Shown here in pieces: positions 41,259 through 55,200 of a DNA stretch of 64,000 nt. Each line of letters starts with the position of its first letter. Within the stretch, counting starts at the first letter, position 1. Origin of the DNA: the human T2T-CHM13v2.0 reference genome, Homo sapiens; NCBI RefSeq assembly GCF_009914755.1, contig NC_060936.1, one strand, 5' to 3'. A program made the translations under genes and the position numbers. The notes under the pieces were generated by a model. It ran no database searches and was not told where the DNA came from. It saw only the letters and a list, made by a program, of their open reading frames with translations.

Positions 41259-44200
41259 AGGAATACTCAGTAGCATTAAATGCTGTAAAGAAAAAAAGTC
41301 AAAGGAAAAGGAAAGCTGGAACATATATATTATTTAAGATCATGTGAAGAAGATAGGCAAGGGCCAAACAGCAAATGTTCACACAAGACACATTAAAGAT
41401 TTCGGTTTGTAGCCACTTTTTTGAGGCATACAATATGTTTCGTTACCTGCACCCATTTAAATTATACATTTCAGAATTTTGACAAGCGTATATAAACCTG
41501 AACATTACAGATATTGAAATTAAAAGAATAATGAGAAACTATCAGATTTAGCAAGTAAAGGTTAGTGGGAGGCCTGTGAGAAATAAATTAGTGAGATTTG
41601 AAAATAAGTAGGTTATAATCACCACGAATGTCTTCAAGAAACTTTCTTTAGCGTGCTTAATCATGATGTATGGCCTGATAGAACAAATATTTGAAATGAT
41701 AACTGGCAACTTTTTCCAAGAGTTCTTTCTTTGTTGTTATTAAAAGCTATTTTTTTTGCATTAGTTTTTATTATGATGGGTTTACATATAGTCGTTTAAA
41801 AGGTAAATCTAAGCATACTTCTTATTTATTTTTAAATTTTTTGTGGTACGTAACAGTTGTACATTAGTTATGCAGTATGTGAACTAGTTCAATGCAAGTA
41901 TACTATGTGTAATAATAAAATCTGAGCTATTAGAATATCCATCACCTCAAACACTGAGAATTCTTGTGTTGGGAACATTCCAAATCCACTCTTCTAGCTC
42001 CTTTAAAATGTACAATCATTGCTAACTATAGTTGCCCCATTGTGCTTCCACACACTAGATCTTATTCCTACTGTCTAACTAGTTTTGTACTCATTAGCCA
42101 ATCTCTATTTACATGCCCCTCCCACTACCCTTCTGAGTCTCTCTAACCATCATTCTACTATCTAATTCCATGAGACCAATTTTTTCAGCTCCCAAATATG
42201 AGTGAATACATGTGATATTTGTCCTTTTGTGCCTGACTTATTTCACTTAACATAATGTTCTCCTGTTCCATTCACATTGTTGCAAATGACAAGATTTCAT
42301 TTTTCAATATGATTCTGTGAATGTACCACATTTTCTTTATCCATTTATTCAGTTGATTCATATCTTGGCTATTGTAAATAGCGCTGCAATAAACATAGAA
42401 GTGCAGATATCTCATTGATATACTCATTTCCTTCCTTTTTAATATATACCCAATAGTGGGATTGTGGGATAACATGGTATGTATATTTTTAGCTCTTTGA
42501 GGAACCTCCATACTGCATAATATTTACGTTAGTGTCTGTACTAACTTACATTTTCACCAACAGGGTAAGAGCGTTCATCTTTCTCTGCCTCCTCACCAGC
42601 ATCTCTGCTTTTTTTTCTTTTTTTTTTTTGATAAAAGACATTTTTAACTGCATTGAGATAATATTTCATTGTGGTTTTGATTTCTATTTCTTTGTTAATC
42701 AGTGATGTTGAGCACATTTTCATATACCTGTTCCATATACCTGTTTCGTATACTTTTTCACTGTGTCTTCTTTTGAAAAATGTCTATTCAGATCTTTTGC
42801 CTATTTTTTAAACTGGTTTATTAGATTTTTTCCTTTTCTTTGAGCTCCTTATATTTTCTGGTTATTAATCCCTTGACAGATGGGTATTTTGCAAGTATTT
42901 TCTCTTATTCTGTGGGTTCTCTCTTTACTTTGTTGATTGTTTCCTTTGCTGTGCAGAAGCTTTTTAGCTTGTAATCTGGTTTGTCTGTTATGTTTCTGTT
43001 GCCTGTGCTTTTGGGATATTACTGATGAAATATTTGCCCAGATCAGTTACCTGGAGAGTTTCCCCAATGTTTTCTTTTAGTATTTTGATAGTTTGAGGTC
43101 TTAGATTTAAATCTTTAATCCATTTTGTTTTTTTTATATATGGCAAGAGAGGAGTGTCTAGTTTCATTCTTTTGCTTATGGATATCCAGTGTTCCCAGCA
43201 CCATTTATTAAGGAGACTGTCCTTTCACCAATGTATGTTCTTGGAACCTGCATCAAAAATGAGTTCACTGTAAAAACATGAATTTATTTATGTGTTCTCT
43301 ATTCTGTCCCATTGGTTTATGTGTCCATTTCTATGCCAATACCATGCTGTTTTGGTTACAGTAGCTCTATAATATAACTTGAAGTCACGAAATGTGATTC
43401 CTCCAGTTTTTCTCTTTTTACTTAAGATGGCTTTGGCTATGTTGGGTCTTCTGTAACTCCATATAAATTTTAGAATTATTTTTTCTATTTTTTAAAAAAA
43501 TGTCATTGGTATTTTGAGAGATTGCATTGAATGTGTAGATTGCTTTGGGTGGTATGTGCATTTTAACAATATTGATTATTCTAATACATTAACACACTTT
43601 CCATTTCTTGTGACCTCTTCAATTTCTTTCATCAGTGTTTTATTGTTTTCGTTGTAGAGATATTTCACTTCTTAGGTTGACATTATTCCTAGCTATTTTA
43701 TTTCTAGCTATTTTAAATAAAATTACTTTCTTGATTTGTTTTTCAGATTGCTCGCTGTTGGCTTATAGAAATGTTATTTATTATTGTAAGTTGATTTTGT
43801 ATCCTGCAACATTACTGAATTTGTTTAACAGTTCTAATTGTTTTTCAGTGAAATATTTAGCTTTTTTTCAAATATAAGATCATATCATGTACAAACAAGG
43901 ATAATTTAACTTCTTCCTTTCCAATTTGGATGCCCTTTATTTATTTCTCTTCTGTAATTGTTTTAGCAAGGAATTCCAGTACTATGTTAAATAACAGTGG
44001 TGAAAGTGGATATTCTTCCCTAGTTCCATATCTTAAAGGAAAGACTTCCAGTTTTTACTCGTTCAGTATTATACTAGCTGTGAGTCTATCATATATAGTT
44101 TTTATTGCGTTGAGGTATGTTCCTTGGTTGGCAGATTTTTATCATGAATGGCTGCTGAATTTTATCAAGTGCTTTTTCAGCATCAATTGAAAGGATCATA

Positions 44201-46084
44201 TAGTTTTGTTCTTCATTCTGCTGATATGATATATGACACTCATTGATTTGCATGTGCTGAACCCTCCTTGAATTCCTGGGATAAGTCCTACTAGGTCATG
44301 ATGAGTGATCCTCTTAAGGTGTTGAATTCAGTTTGCTGAGAATTTTTACATCAATTTTTATCAGATGAAACACTATATTGCCTATAGTTTTATTTTTGTG
44401 ATGTGTCTTTGTCTGGTTTTGGTATCAGGGTAATACCGGCCTCAGAGTGTCCTTGGAAGTATCTCTTTTCTAATATTGTTTTGTAATAGGTTAAGTAGGA
44501 TCGGTGTTAGTTTTTATTTAAATAATTGGTAAAATTCAGCAGTGAAGTTACTGGGTCCAGGGCTTATTTATGCTGAAAAACTTTTTTTATTACAGCTTCT
44601 GTCTCATTATTGTTATTGATATGTTCAGGTTTAGGATGTCTTTGATTCAATTTTGGTAGGTTGAATATGTCTGGGAATTTATTCATTTCTCCTCGGTATT
44701 CCAATTTATTGGCAGACAGTTGCTCATGGTAGTCTCTAATTATCCTTTGAATTTCTGCTGTATCACTTGTAATGTCTTCTTTTTCATCTCTGATTTTATT
44801 GATCTAGGTATTCTCTCCTTTTTTCTTAATTAACCTTGCTAAAGGTTTGTTGATCATGTTTATCTTTTTTTAAAAAATCAACTTTTCATTTCATTGACCT
44901 TTTGTATTTTTCAATTTCAATTTATTTCTACTCTGATTTGTATTACTTATTTTCTTCTACAAAGTTTAGGTTCAATTTGCTTTTGCTTTTCTAGTTTTTA
45001 AAGGTAAATCATTAAGTTGTTTATTTGAAGTTTTTCTAATTTTTTAATGTAGGTGTTTATTGTTATAAATTTCCCTCTTAGTACCACTTTCACGATATCC
45101 TATAGGTTTTAGTATGTTGTGTTTTCCTTTTGTTTCAAGACATTTTTAATTTTCTTTCGTAATTTCTTCATTGACCCACTGGTCATTCAGGAGCATACGA
45201 ATTACTTTTCAGGTGTCTGTATAGTTTCCATAGCTCCTCTTATTATTGATTTCTAGTTTTATTCCATTGTAGTCAGAGAAGATGCTGGATATTATTTCAA
45301 TTCTTTTGAATTTTTTAAGACTTGTTTTGGGACCTAACATATGGTCTATTCTTAGATATGATCCATGTGCTGAGGAGAAGAGTAAGTATTCTGCAGTTGT
45401 TGAGTAAAATCTGCCAGAAATATCTATTAGGTCCATTTGGTCTGTAGTGAAAATTAAGTCCGATGTTTCTTTGTTGATCTTCTGTGTGGATGATCTGCTC
45501 AATGCTGAAGATGAGGTGTTGAAGTCTCCAACTGTTATTGTATTGGGATCTACCCCTCTCTTTAGTTTTAATTTTTTTGCTTTATGTATCTGTGTGTTCC
45601 AGTGTTGCATGCATATATATTTATAATTGTTACATCCTCTTGCTGAATCGATCCCTTTATCATTATGTAATGACTTTGTCTCTTTTCATAGTTTTTGTTT
45701 TTATATCTATTTTATCCAAATAGATGATATGATAGTTTATGCCTATTTTATTCCTGCTTTGTTTTGGTTTATACAGATAGATATTCCTGCTCTGTTTTGT
45801 TTTTTATAATAGATAGTTTATATCTATTTTATTCCTGTTCTGTTTTGGTTTGCATTTGCATGGGATATACTTTTCTATTCTTTTGTTTTCAGTTTATATG
45901 TGTCTTTATAGGTGAAGTATGTTTCTTGTAGGCACCAGATCGTTGGGTTTTATATTTTGATCCATTCAGTCACCCTATGTCTTTTGATTGGAGAGTTTAG
46001 TTCATTCATGTTCAATGTTATTAATGAAAAGTAAGAATGTATTACTTCCATTTTGTTACTGGTTTTCCAGTTGTTTTACCATGC

Positions 46085-46190
46085 TCCCTCCCTCCCATCC
46101 TTCCTTCCTTCCTGCCTTCCTTCTTCCTGCCTTCCTGTCGTTCTACCTTCCTGTCTTTCTACCTTCCTACCTATCTTCCTTCTTCCTTTT
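46085..46190. repeat. (CTTC)n-like low-complexity tract
   Basis: Directly visible. Confidence 0.8.
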
Positions 46191-46211
46191 TCTGAAAGTG
46201 ATTTTCTCTGA

Positions 46212-46533
<322 letters not shown>

Positions 46534-49500
46534 TAATTTCTTGCTTTGTATTTCCTATGTGTCTGTTGTAGCTTTTTTGATTTGAGGTTACCATTAAGCT
46601 TGCAAATAACACCTTTTAATCCATTATTTTTAAATGATGAAAACAACTCTGATTGCAAAAACAAGTAAAGAGAAAACTAACAAAAACTCTGTACTTTAAC
46701 ATCACCCCCATTTTAAACATTTTGTTGTTTCTATTTATATCTTATACTATGTCATAAAATAATGTTGTAGTTATTATTTTTGATAGGTTCATTTTTAATC
46801 TTCCCACTCAAGATATGAATAATTTACACACCACTATTACAGTGTTATAATATTTTGTATTTGTCTGTGTACCCACAGTTACCAGTGAGTTTTGTACCTT
46901 CACATGATTTCTTATTGTTTGTTAATGTCATTTTCTTTCAAATTGAAGCACTGTCTTCATCATTTCTTGTAGAACAGGTCTGATGTTTGCAAAATCCCCT
47001 CCTTTTTTTTTTTATCTGGGAAAGTCTTCATTTATCCCTCATATTTGAAGAATATTTTTGTTGGATATAATATTCTAGAATAAAAGAGATTTGTTCCACT
47101 TTCATTGCCTTAAATATATCATGCCACTCTCCCCTGGCCTGGAAGGTTTCCACTGAGAAAGCTACTGCCAGATGTATTGGAGCTCCTCTATATGCTATTT
47201 TTTCCTTTTCCCTTTTTACTTTTTAGGTCCTTTCTTTATCTTTAAGCTTTGGGAATTTAATTATTACATATCTTCAGGTTATTTGGGTTAAATCTGCTTG
47301 ATGTTCTATAACCTTCTTGTACCTGAGTATTGATAGATTTCTCTTGGCTTGCATAGTATTTATTATCTGTTTGAATAAACTTTCTATGCCAATCTCTCTA
47401 TCTACCTCCTCTTTGAGGCCAGTGACTCTTAAATTTGCCCTTTTAAGGTCATTTTCTAGATCCTATAGGTGTGCTTCATTATTTTTTGTTCTTTTGTCTT
47501 TTAACTCCTCCTGCTGTGTATTTTCAAATACACTGTCTTCAACCTCACTAATTCTTTCCTCGGCTTGATCAGTTCTGCTAGTAAGAGACTTTAATGAATT
47601 CTCTATTATGTCATTGCATTTTTCAGCTCTAGTGTCTCTGCTTCATTCTTTTTAATTGATTTAATCTCTTCCTTCAATTTCTCTTATAGGATTCTGAATT
47701 CCTTCTCTGTGTTATCTACAATTTGATTGAGCTTCCTCAAAACAGCTATTTTAATTCTCTATCTGAAAGGTCACATATCTCTGCAAATCTGGAATTAGTC
47801 ACTGGTGGTTTTTTTAGTTCATTTAGTGAGGTTATGTTTTCCTGGATGGTATTGATGCTTATGGATGTTCATCAATGTCTGGTCATTGAAGACTTAGATA
47901 TGTATCGTAGTCTTCTCAGTCTGGGCTTGTTTGCACCTGTCTTTCTTGGGAAGCATTTACAAGTAGTCAAAGGGAATTGAGTGGTGTGATCTAAGTATTT
48001 GGTCACTACAGCTCTGTATGCATTGGGGACACCCCAAGCCCAGTAATGCTTTGACTCTTGCAGACTTGTAGCAGTATGACTTTGGTGTTCTTGCATAAGA
48101 GCTGGGAGAATTCCCTGGATTACCAGGAGTCTCTTGTTCTCTTCCCTTACATTTCCCCAAACAAATTCTCTTTCCATGCTGAGCTGCCAGGACTTGGAGG
48201 GAGAGTGACATAAACACTCCCATGACCACCACTGCTGGGACACTGGGTCACACCTGAAGCCAGCACGATACTCACACAAGGCATGTGATGACTATTTCCT
48301 AGATATTGCTGATGTTTATTCAAGGCCCAAGGGCTCTTTAGTCAGCAAGCTGTGAATCCTGCCAGGCCTGAGTCTCTGTTCAGGTAAGTAGGTCCTTCTG
48401 GACCAGGAAAGATCTAGAAATTCCCCATAGAACCCTGGAGCCAGAGACCTTGGGAATCTGTTTGATGTTATATTTTATTGTGGCTAAGCTGGTACCTAAG
48501 TTGCCAGAAAAAGTCCCTTTTGCTTCTCCTCCTTTCCTCAAGGAGAAGGAATTTTTCCCTGTAACCATCACAGCTGGGAATGTGCTGTATCATACCTGAA
48601 GCTAGCATGGTACTGGGTCTTGCCCAAGGCCCATGGTTACGACTGCCTGGCTACCACTAGTTTATTCAAGGCCCAAGGGATTTTTGGTCAGCATGTGGTG
48701 AATTCTGCCAGAAATGGGTCCTTCCCTTCAGGGCAGTAGGTTCTCTCTGGCCCAGGGTGAGTCTAGAAATGTGTCACAGGAACAATGGCCCAGAATAGGA
48801 GCTTCAGGTCTCTGCTTGGTGCTTTATCTTATTGTGGCTGAGCTGGTATCCAAGTTGCAGCAGCAAGTCTTCTTTACTCTTCCTTCTTTTCCCATAGCTG
48901 CCAGATGTACTGCCTGGAGTTGGAGGAAGGATGATACAAGCACTGCTCCCTTGGCCACTCCAGCTAGTATCTCACTGGGTTGTGTGCACCACAAGTCTAC
49001 TGGCTTGGAGCCCAGCACAGCACCAAGTCTTGCCCAGTAGTTGCAGCCGTCTGGCTTAAAGTGCCCTGGGGTCCTATTTTGAGGTTTAAATAAACTAAAT
49101 AGGACTCCAGGGCACTTTAGGCTATGGTGGTGAGGTTAGCTGGAACTTAGTTTTTGACTGCTGGGATGGATGATTCCCCTCGCTAAGGCCAGTTTAAATG
49201 TTCCCTCAATGGGCCCCAGCTGAATCTTCCCTGTGTTGCTTTCCACTGTGACAGGGAAGCACTGAGTTCCAATGTAAAGTTCCACAGTCACTGGGCTCTC
49301 TCTCTCTCCCAAGCATAGGGGTACTTTCTCCGCACCACGCTGCCCTGCCAGAGGTGGGGGGAGAGGTGTTGTACACAATTTAAGATGATCTTTCCTACCC
49401 TATTCAGTGTCTTTTTCCTTGATATAATGTTAAAACCAGATACTGTGATTGCTCACCTGATTTTGGTTATTATAAAGGTGCATCTTTGTGTGGATAGTTG

Positions 49501-49719
49501 TTCAGTTTGATGTTCCTGTGCAGGGAATGTTCTCTGAGGGGCTCTAATTAGCCATCTTGCTCCAACTACTCTTTGCCAATATTTTTGAAAAGCTTTATAA
49601 GTGGGTGGAGTGTTTGACTTACAAATTCTTCATTATCTTAAAGGATCAATCAGACAAATGCACAAATATTTATATAAAATACATTATTCACAGTGTTATA
49701 CAAGAATAAGGAACTATCT

Positions 49720-50020
49720 ATCTTTTTCTTTTTTTTTTGAGACAGATTCTCACTCTGTTGCCCAGACTAGAGTGCAGTGGCACCATCTCTGCTCACTGAA
49801 AGCTCTGCCTCCCGGGTTCACGCCATTCTCCTGCCTCAGCCTCCTGAGTAGCTGGGACTACAGGTGCCCGCCACCACACCCGGCTAATTTTTTTGTATTT
49901 TTATTGGAGACAGGGTTTCACCATGTTAGCCAGGATGGTCTTGATCTCCTGACCTCATGATCTGCCTGCCTTGGCCTCCCAAAGTGCTGGGATTACAGGC
50001 GTGAGCCATCGTGCTGGGCC
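49720..50020 (-). mobile_element. AluY
   Basis: aagctctgcctcccgggttcacgccattc and ttagccaggatggtcttgatctcctgacctcatga; TSD aggaactatct / agaaactatct. Confidence 0.94.
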
Positions 50021-50441
50021 AGAAACTATCTTAATATTTAGTTAGAATTAACTAAAATGCCCAAAGATATTTATTATTTAAATACCCTCTGGTATATCTG
50101 TAATGTGGAGTACTATGCAGGCACTAAAAAAATAAATACAATAACTTAAATGTTTGTGTATAATATTAGGCTTAAAAGATGTAATCAAACAGTATGAATT
50201 GTATTAATTTTCTAAAAGCCATGGAATTTATTTTAAATCTTTCTCAGAAGCATTTTCTTTAATGTATAAATAAAAAACACATTAAACTGCAAACTTGTGT
50301 GGATGTGAGAAAATGATGCTACCACTGAGTGGTTTCAGACCACATTTTGATAATTAATTACTTCGCATTTGCAGCAAATTTTTATAAGGGAAGTATATTC
50401 CATTAAAGTTAAAGATCCATGAACACTTTGAAAGCCCCCTC

Positions 50442-50840
50442 TTTCATGTGCATCCATGTGAAGAGACCACCAAACAGGCTTTGTGTGAGCAATAAAGCTT
50501 TTAATCACCTGGGTGCAGGCAGGCTGAGTCCGAAAAGAGAGTCAGTGAAGGGAGATAAGGGTGGGGCCATTTTATAGGATTTGGGTAGATAAAGGAAAAT
50601 TACAGTCAAAGGGGATTTGTTCTCTGGTGGGCAGGACTGGGGACCACAAGGTGCTTTTTGAGCTTTTTGAGCCAGGAAAAGGACTTTCACAAGGTAATGT
50701 CATCACTTAAGGCAAGGACCGGCCATTTTAACTACTTTTGTGGTGGAATGTCATCAGTTAAGGCAGGAACTGGCCATCTGGATGTGTAGGTGCAAGTCAC
50801 AGGGGATATGATGGCTTAGCTTGGGCTCAGAGTTCTGACA
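50442..50840 (-). mobile_element. LTR7, the 3' LTR of HERV-H
   Basis: Reverse complement reads TGTCAGAACTCTGAGCCCAAGCTAAGCCATC...TATAAAA...ATTAAAAGC...CATGAAA, preceded by the polypurine tract aagaagacaggaa. Confidence 0.96.
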
Positions 50841-52847
50841 TTCCTGTCTTCTTATATTAATAAGAAAATTAAAACAAAATAGTGGTAAAGTGTTGGGATG
50901 GTGAAAATTTTTTGGGGGGTGGTATGGAGAGATAATGGGTGATGTTTCTCAGGGCTGCTTTGGGCAGGATTAGGGGTGGCGTGGGAACCTAGAGTGGGAG
51001 AGATTAGGCTGAAGGAAGATTTTGTGGTAAGGGGTGATACTGTAGGACTGTTAGAAGAAACACTTGTCATATAGAATTATTGGTGATGGCCTGGATACAG
51101 TCTTGTATGAATTGAAAAACTAAATGGAATAAGAGAAGGAGAAAAACAGGTATTAAAGGCCTAAGAATTGGGAGGACCCAGGACATCTAATTAGAGGGTG
51201 CCTAAGGAGATTCAGCATAGTCCTGCCAGCAAAGATTATTTATTTACTTTAAGAGTTAAGAGTGGCGGTTTGGGGATAGCACCAGGAGATATCAGCTGTG
51301 AAGGCTTGGAGAAACACTGTAAACCGGCAGTATACACAAGAGCAGAGCATGTACGAGTAGTTGAGAACGGTGAATAGGAGTATGACTAGACAGAAAATAG
51401 TAGGGATGACAAATTTTTTGGGGTACAGTCCAAGTTGGTCTGGTGAGACTGGGGCTTAATAAAAAGGAGCATCCATACAGGAACTCAAATGGGTTGTACC
51501 CTGTAGCATTCCAAGGACAGGCCTGAATTCTGAGAAGGGAAAATGGTAAAAAGTATTGTCCAGTCCTTTTTAAGTTGGTGGCTGAGCTTGGTGAGGTGTG
51601 TTTTTAAAAGACCATTAGTCTGTTCTACCTTTCCTGAAGACTGAGGACTGTAAGGTATATAAAGGTTTCACTGAATACCAAGAGCCTGAAAAAATGCTTG
51701 GCTGATTTGACTAATAAATGCCGGTCTGCTATTGGACTGTGTAGAGGTGGGAAGGCTAAACTGAGGAATTATATCTGACAGAAGGGAAGAAATGACTGTG
51801 GTGGCCTTCTCAGACCCTGTAGGAAAGGCCTCTACCTATCCAGTGAAAGTGTCTACCTAGACTAAGAGGTATTTTAGTTTTCTGACTCGGGGCACAGGAG
51901 TAAAGTCAATTTGCCAGTCCTGGGTGGGGGCAAATCCTCGAGCTTGATGTGTAGGGAAGGGAGGGAGCCTGGATAATCCCTGAGGAGTAGTAGAACAGCA
52001 GATGGGACACTGAGAAGTTACTTCCTTGAGGATAGATTTCCACGATGGGAAGGAAATGAGAGGTTCTAAGAGGCGGGCTAGTGTATAGCATAGCCTGCCT
52101 TTGCTGGTGTGTGGCAATTAGGCCTGGTGGAACTGCCACCAATAAACCAAGTGTGATCAGGGTGAGGAACAGGAAAGAAGGAAATATGGGGAAATGAGGT
52201 GAATGTCAGGTGGATCAGAGAGATACAGTCATGGGAGTCAGGTGTGGTATCAGGAATAATGTGGGAGGTGGGATTGAAGTCCAGGCCAGGAACAATGGCA
52301 ATTGTGGGAGACTCAACAAAGAGTGAGTACAGCTGAAGGAGCCGGGAGCAGAAAGTATGTGTGTCAGATGTGAGGAAGAAAATAGATTTTGCAAGTTATG
52401 AGAACTGTAGAGAGTGAGCTGAGCATAGTTCGTGATTTTAAGGGTCTCTAAAAGTATTAGGGCAGCGGCGGCCGCTGCACACAGACTTGAGGGCTAGGCC
52501 AAACAGTAAGGTCAAGTTTTTTGGATAAAAAGGCTACAGGGTGTGGTCCTGGCTCTTGTGTAAGACTTCTGACTGCACTAACCATGCCTAGGAAGGAAAC
52601 AAATTGTTTTGTAGAAGGTGCTGGGGTTTGAGAGATCAGTCGGACATGATCGGCAGAGAGAGCACATGTGTTTTTTATGAGAATTATGCTGAGATAGGTA
52701 ACAGATGAGGATGAAATTTGGGCTTGACTGACGTAATGGGGGCTGTCTGTGAAGACTTGTGGCAGTACAGCCCAGGTAATTTGCTGAGCCTAATGGCTGT
52801 CAGGGTCAGTCCAAGCGAAAGCGAAGAGAGGCTGGGATGAAGGGTGC

Positions 52848-52941
52848 AAAGGAATAGTAAAGAAATAGTAAAGGAATAGTAAAGAATAGTAAAGAAATAG
52901 TAAAGAAATAGTAAAGAAATAGCAAAGGAATAGTAAAGAAA
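52848..52941. repeat. 11-bp minisatellite (aaagRaatagt) x8.6 inside HERV-H RT
   Basis: Units start at 52848, 52859, 52870, 52881 (10 bp), 52891, 52902, 52913 and 52924, with a partial unit at 52935. Confidence 0.95.
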
Positions 52942-55046
52942 GCATGTTTGAGATCCAGAACAGAATAATGGGTTGTAGAGGGAGGTATTGAGGATAGGAG
53001 AGTATATGGGTTTGGCAGCACAGGGTGGATAGGCATAACAATTTGGTTGATAAGGTGCAGATCCTGAACTAACCTGTAAGTCTTGTCTGGTTTTAGGACA
53101 GGTAAAATGGGGGAATTGTTAAGGAGAGTTTATAGGCTTTAAAAGGCCATGCTGTAACAGGTAAGTAATAACAGACTTTAATCCTTTTAAAGCGTGCTGT
53201 GGGATGGAATATTGGCATTGAACAGGGTGAGGGTGATTAGGTTTTAATGGGATGGTAAGGGGTGCATGATCGTTCACTAAGGAGGGAGTAGAGGTGTCCT
53301 ATACTTGTGGGTTAAGGTGGGGAGATACAAGGGGAGGATGTGAAGGAGGCTTTGAACTGGGCAAAAAGATGGCAATGAGATGTAGCTGTAGCCCAGGAAT
53401 AGTCAGGGGAGCAGATAATTTAGTTCAAGTGTCTCAGCCTAATAAGGGAACTGGGCAGGTGGGGATAACTAAAAGGAGTGCTTAAAATAGTATTGTCTAA
53501 GTTGGCACCAGAATTGGGGAGTTTTAAGAAGTTTAGAAGCCTGGCCGTCAATACCTGCAACAGTTATGGAGGCAAGGGAAACAGGCCCTTGAAAAGAAGG
53601 TAATGTGGAGTGGGTAGTCTCCGTATTGATTAAGAAGGGGACGGACTTACCCTCCACTGTGAGAGTTACCTGGAGCTCGGCGTCCGTGATGGTCTAGGGG
53701 GCTTCCGAGGTGATCGGGCAGCATCAGTCTTCAGCCACTAAGCTGAGAAGATCTGGAAAGGAGTCAGTTAGAGAGCCTTGGGCCAGAGTTCCAGGGGCTC
53801 TGGGAGTGGCTGCCAGGTGAGTTGAACAGTCCGATTTTCAGTGGGGTCCCACACAGATGGGACGTGGCTTAGGAGGAATCCTGGGCTGCAGGCATTCCTT
53901 GGCCTGGTGGTGGCCAGATTTCTGGCACTTGTAGCAAGCTCCTGGGGGAGGCGGGCCTGGAGGAATGCCTGGCCACTGCGGTTTCGGCGTTTGGAAGTTC
54001 TTGTGTGCTAGAGATGTGGCTGGGGTTTGTCTCACAGTGGAGGCAAGGAATTGCAACTCAGAAATATGTTGCTACTTGGCTGCCTCTATTATTGTATACC
54101 TTGAAGGTGAGGTTAATTAAGTCCTGTTGTGGGCTTTGAGGGCCGGAATTTAATTTTTGGAGTTTTACATAATGTCGGGAGCAGATTGGGTAATAAAATG
54201 TATATTGACAATAAGACGGCCTTTTGACCTTTTAGGGTCTAGGGCTGTAAAGCTTCTCAGGGTTGCTGACAAATGAGCCATGAACTGGGCTGGGTTTTTA
54301 TATTTGATGAAAAAGAGCCTAAACGCTATCTGATTTGGGATAAAGAAAAAGGAGCATTAACTTTGACTGTGCCTTTAGCTCCAGCCATCTTTTTAAGAGT
54401 AAATTGCTGGGCAGGTGGGGGAGGGCTAGTCATGGAACAAAACTGTAAGCTGGACTGGGTGTGAGGAAGGGAGTTGATAAAAGGATTATAAGGTGGAGGA
54501 GCAGAGGCTGAGGAAGAATTGGGACCTAGCTCAGCCTGGCGAGGAAGGGAGAGATCAGATGGGTCTGTAGAAAAGGAAGATTAGAAAGACTCAGCGATGC
54601 TTGGGGTTGGGACTGAGGGGACAGGCAGGAGGGAAAGAAGGAAGATTTGGGACGAGTTGCATTGGGAACAGAGACTAGGGAGGGACCCATGTGTGAAAGA
54701 ATGCCTGGATATCAGGCATCTCAGACCTTTTGCCCATTTTATGACAAGAATTATTTAGATCTTGTAGGATGGAAAAATTGAAAGTGCCATTTTCTGGCTA
54801 TTTGGAACCACTGTCGAGTTTGTATTGGGGTCAAGTGGCATTGCAGAAGAAAATAAGGCATTTAGGTTTTAGGTCAGGCGTGAGTTAAAGAGGTTTTTAG
54901 GTTTTTAAGAACACAGGCTAAGGGAGAAGAAGGGGGAATGGAGGGTGGAAGGTTGCCCATAGTGAAGGAGGCAAGTTTAAAGAGAAGGGCAGAGACACGG
55001 AGGGAAGGGGTTCAGGGGTTCTTACCCTCCAGAAAAGAGGGAAACA

Positions 55047-55200
55047 GGTCGGGGTGTGGAAATAAGGGGTTGGGGCACAGAGATAAGAGGTTGGGGCACG
55101 GAAATAAGGGATTGGGGTGCAGAGATAAGAGGTCAGGGTGCGGAAATAAGGGATCGGGGCACAGAGATAAGAGGTCGGGGCACGGAAATAAGGGATCAGG
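55047..55200. repeat. HERV-H leader tandem repeat (alternating ~20-21-bp units)
   Basis: ggggcacagagataagaggtc / ggggcacggaaataagggatc, repeated about 3.5 times as a dimer. Confidence 0.9.

Noticed and set aside
51857-54056. HERV-H gag/pro/pol as coding genes
   Set aside because: Only short fragments remain; the protease motif is degenerate (INTET), RT is broken by the minisatellite, and env is largely deleted.
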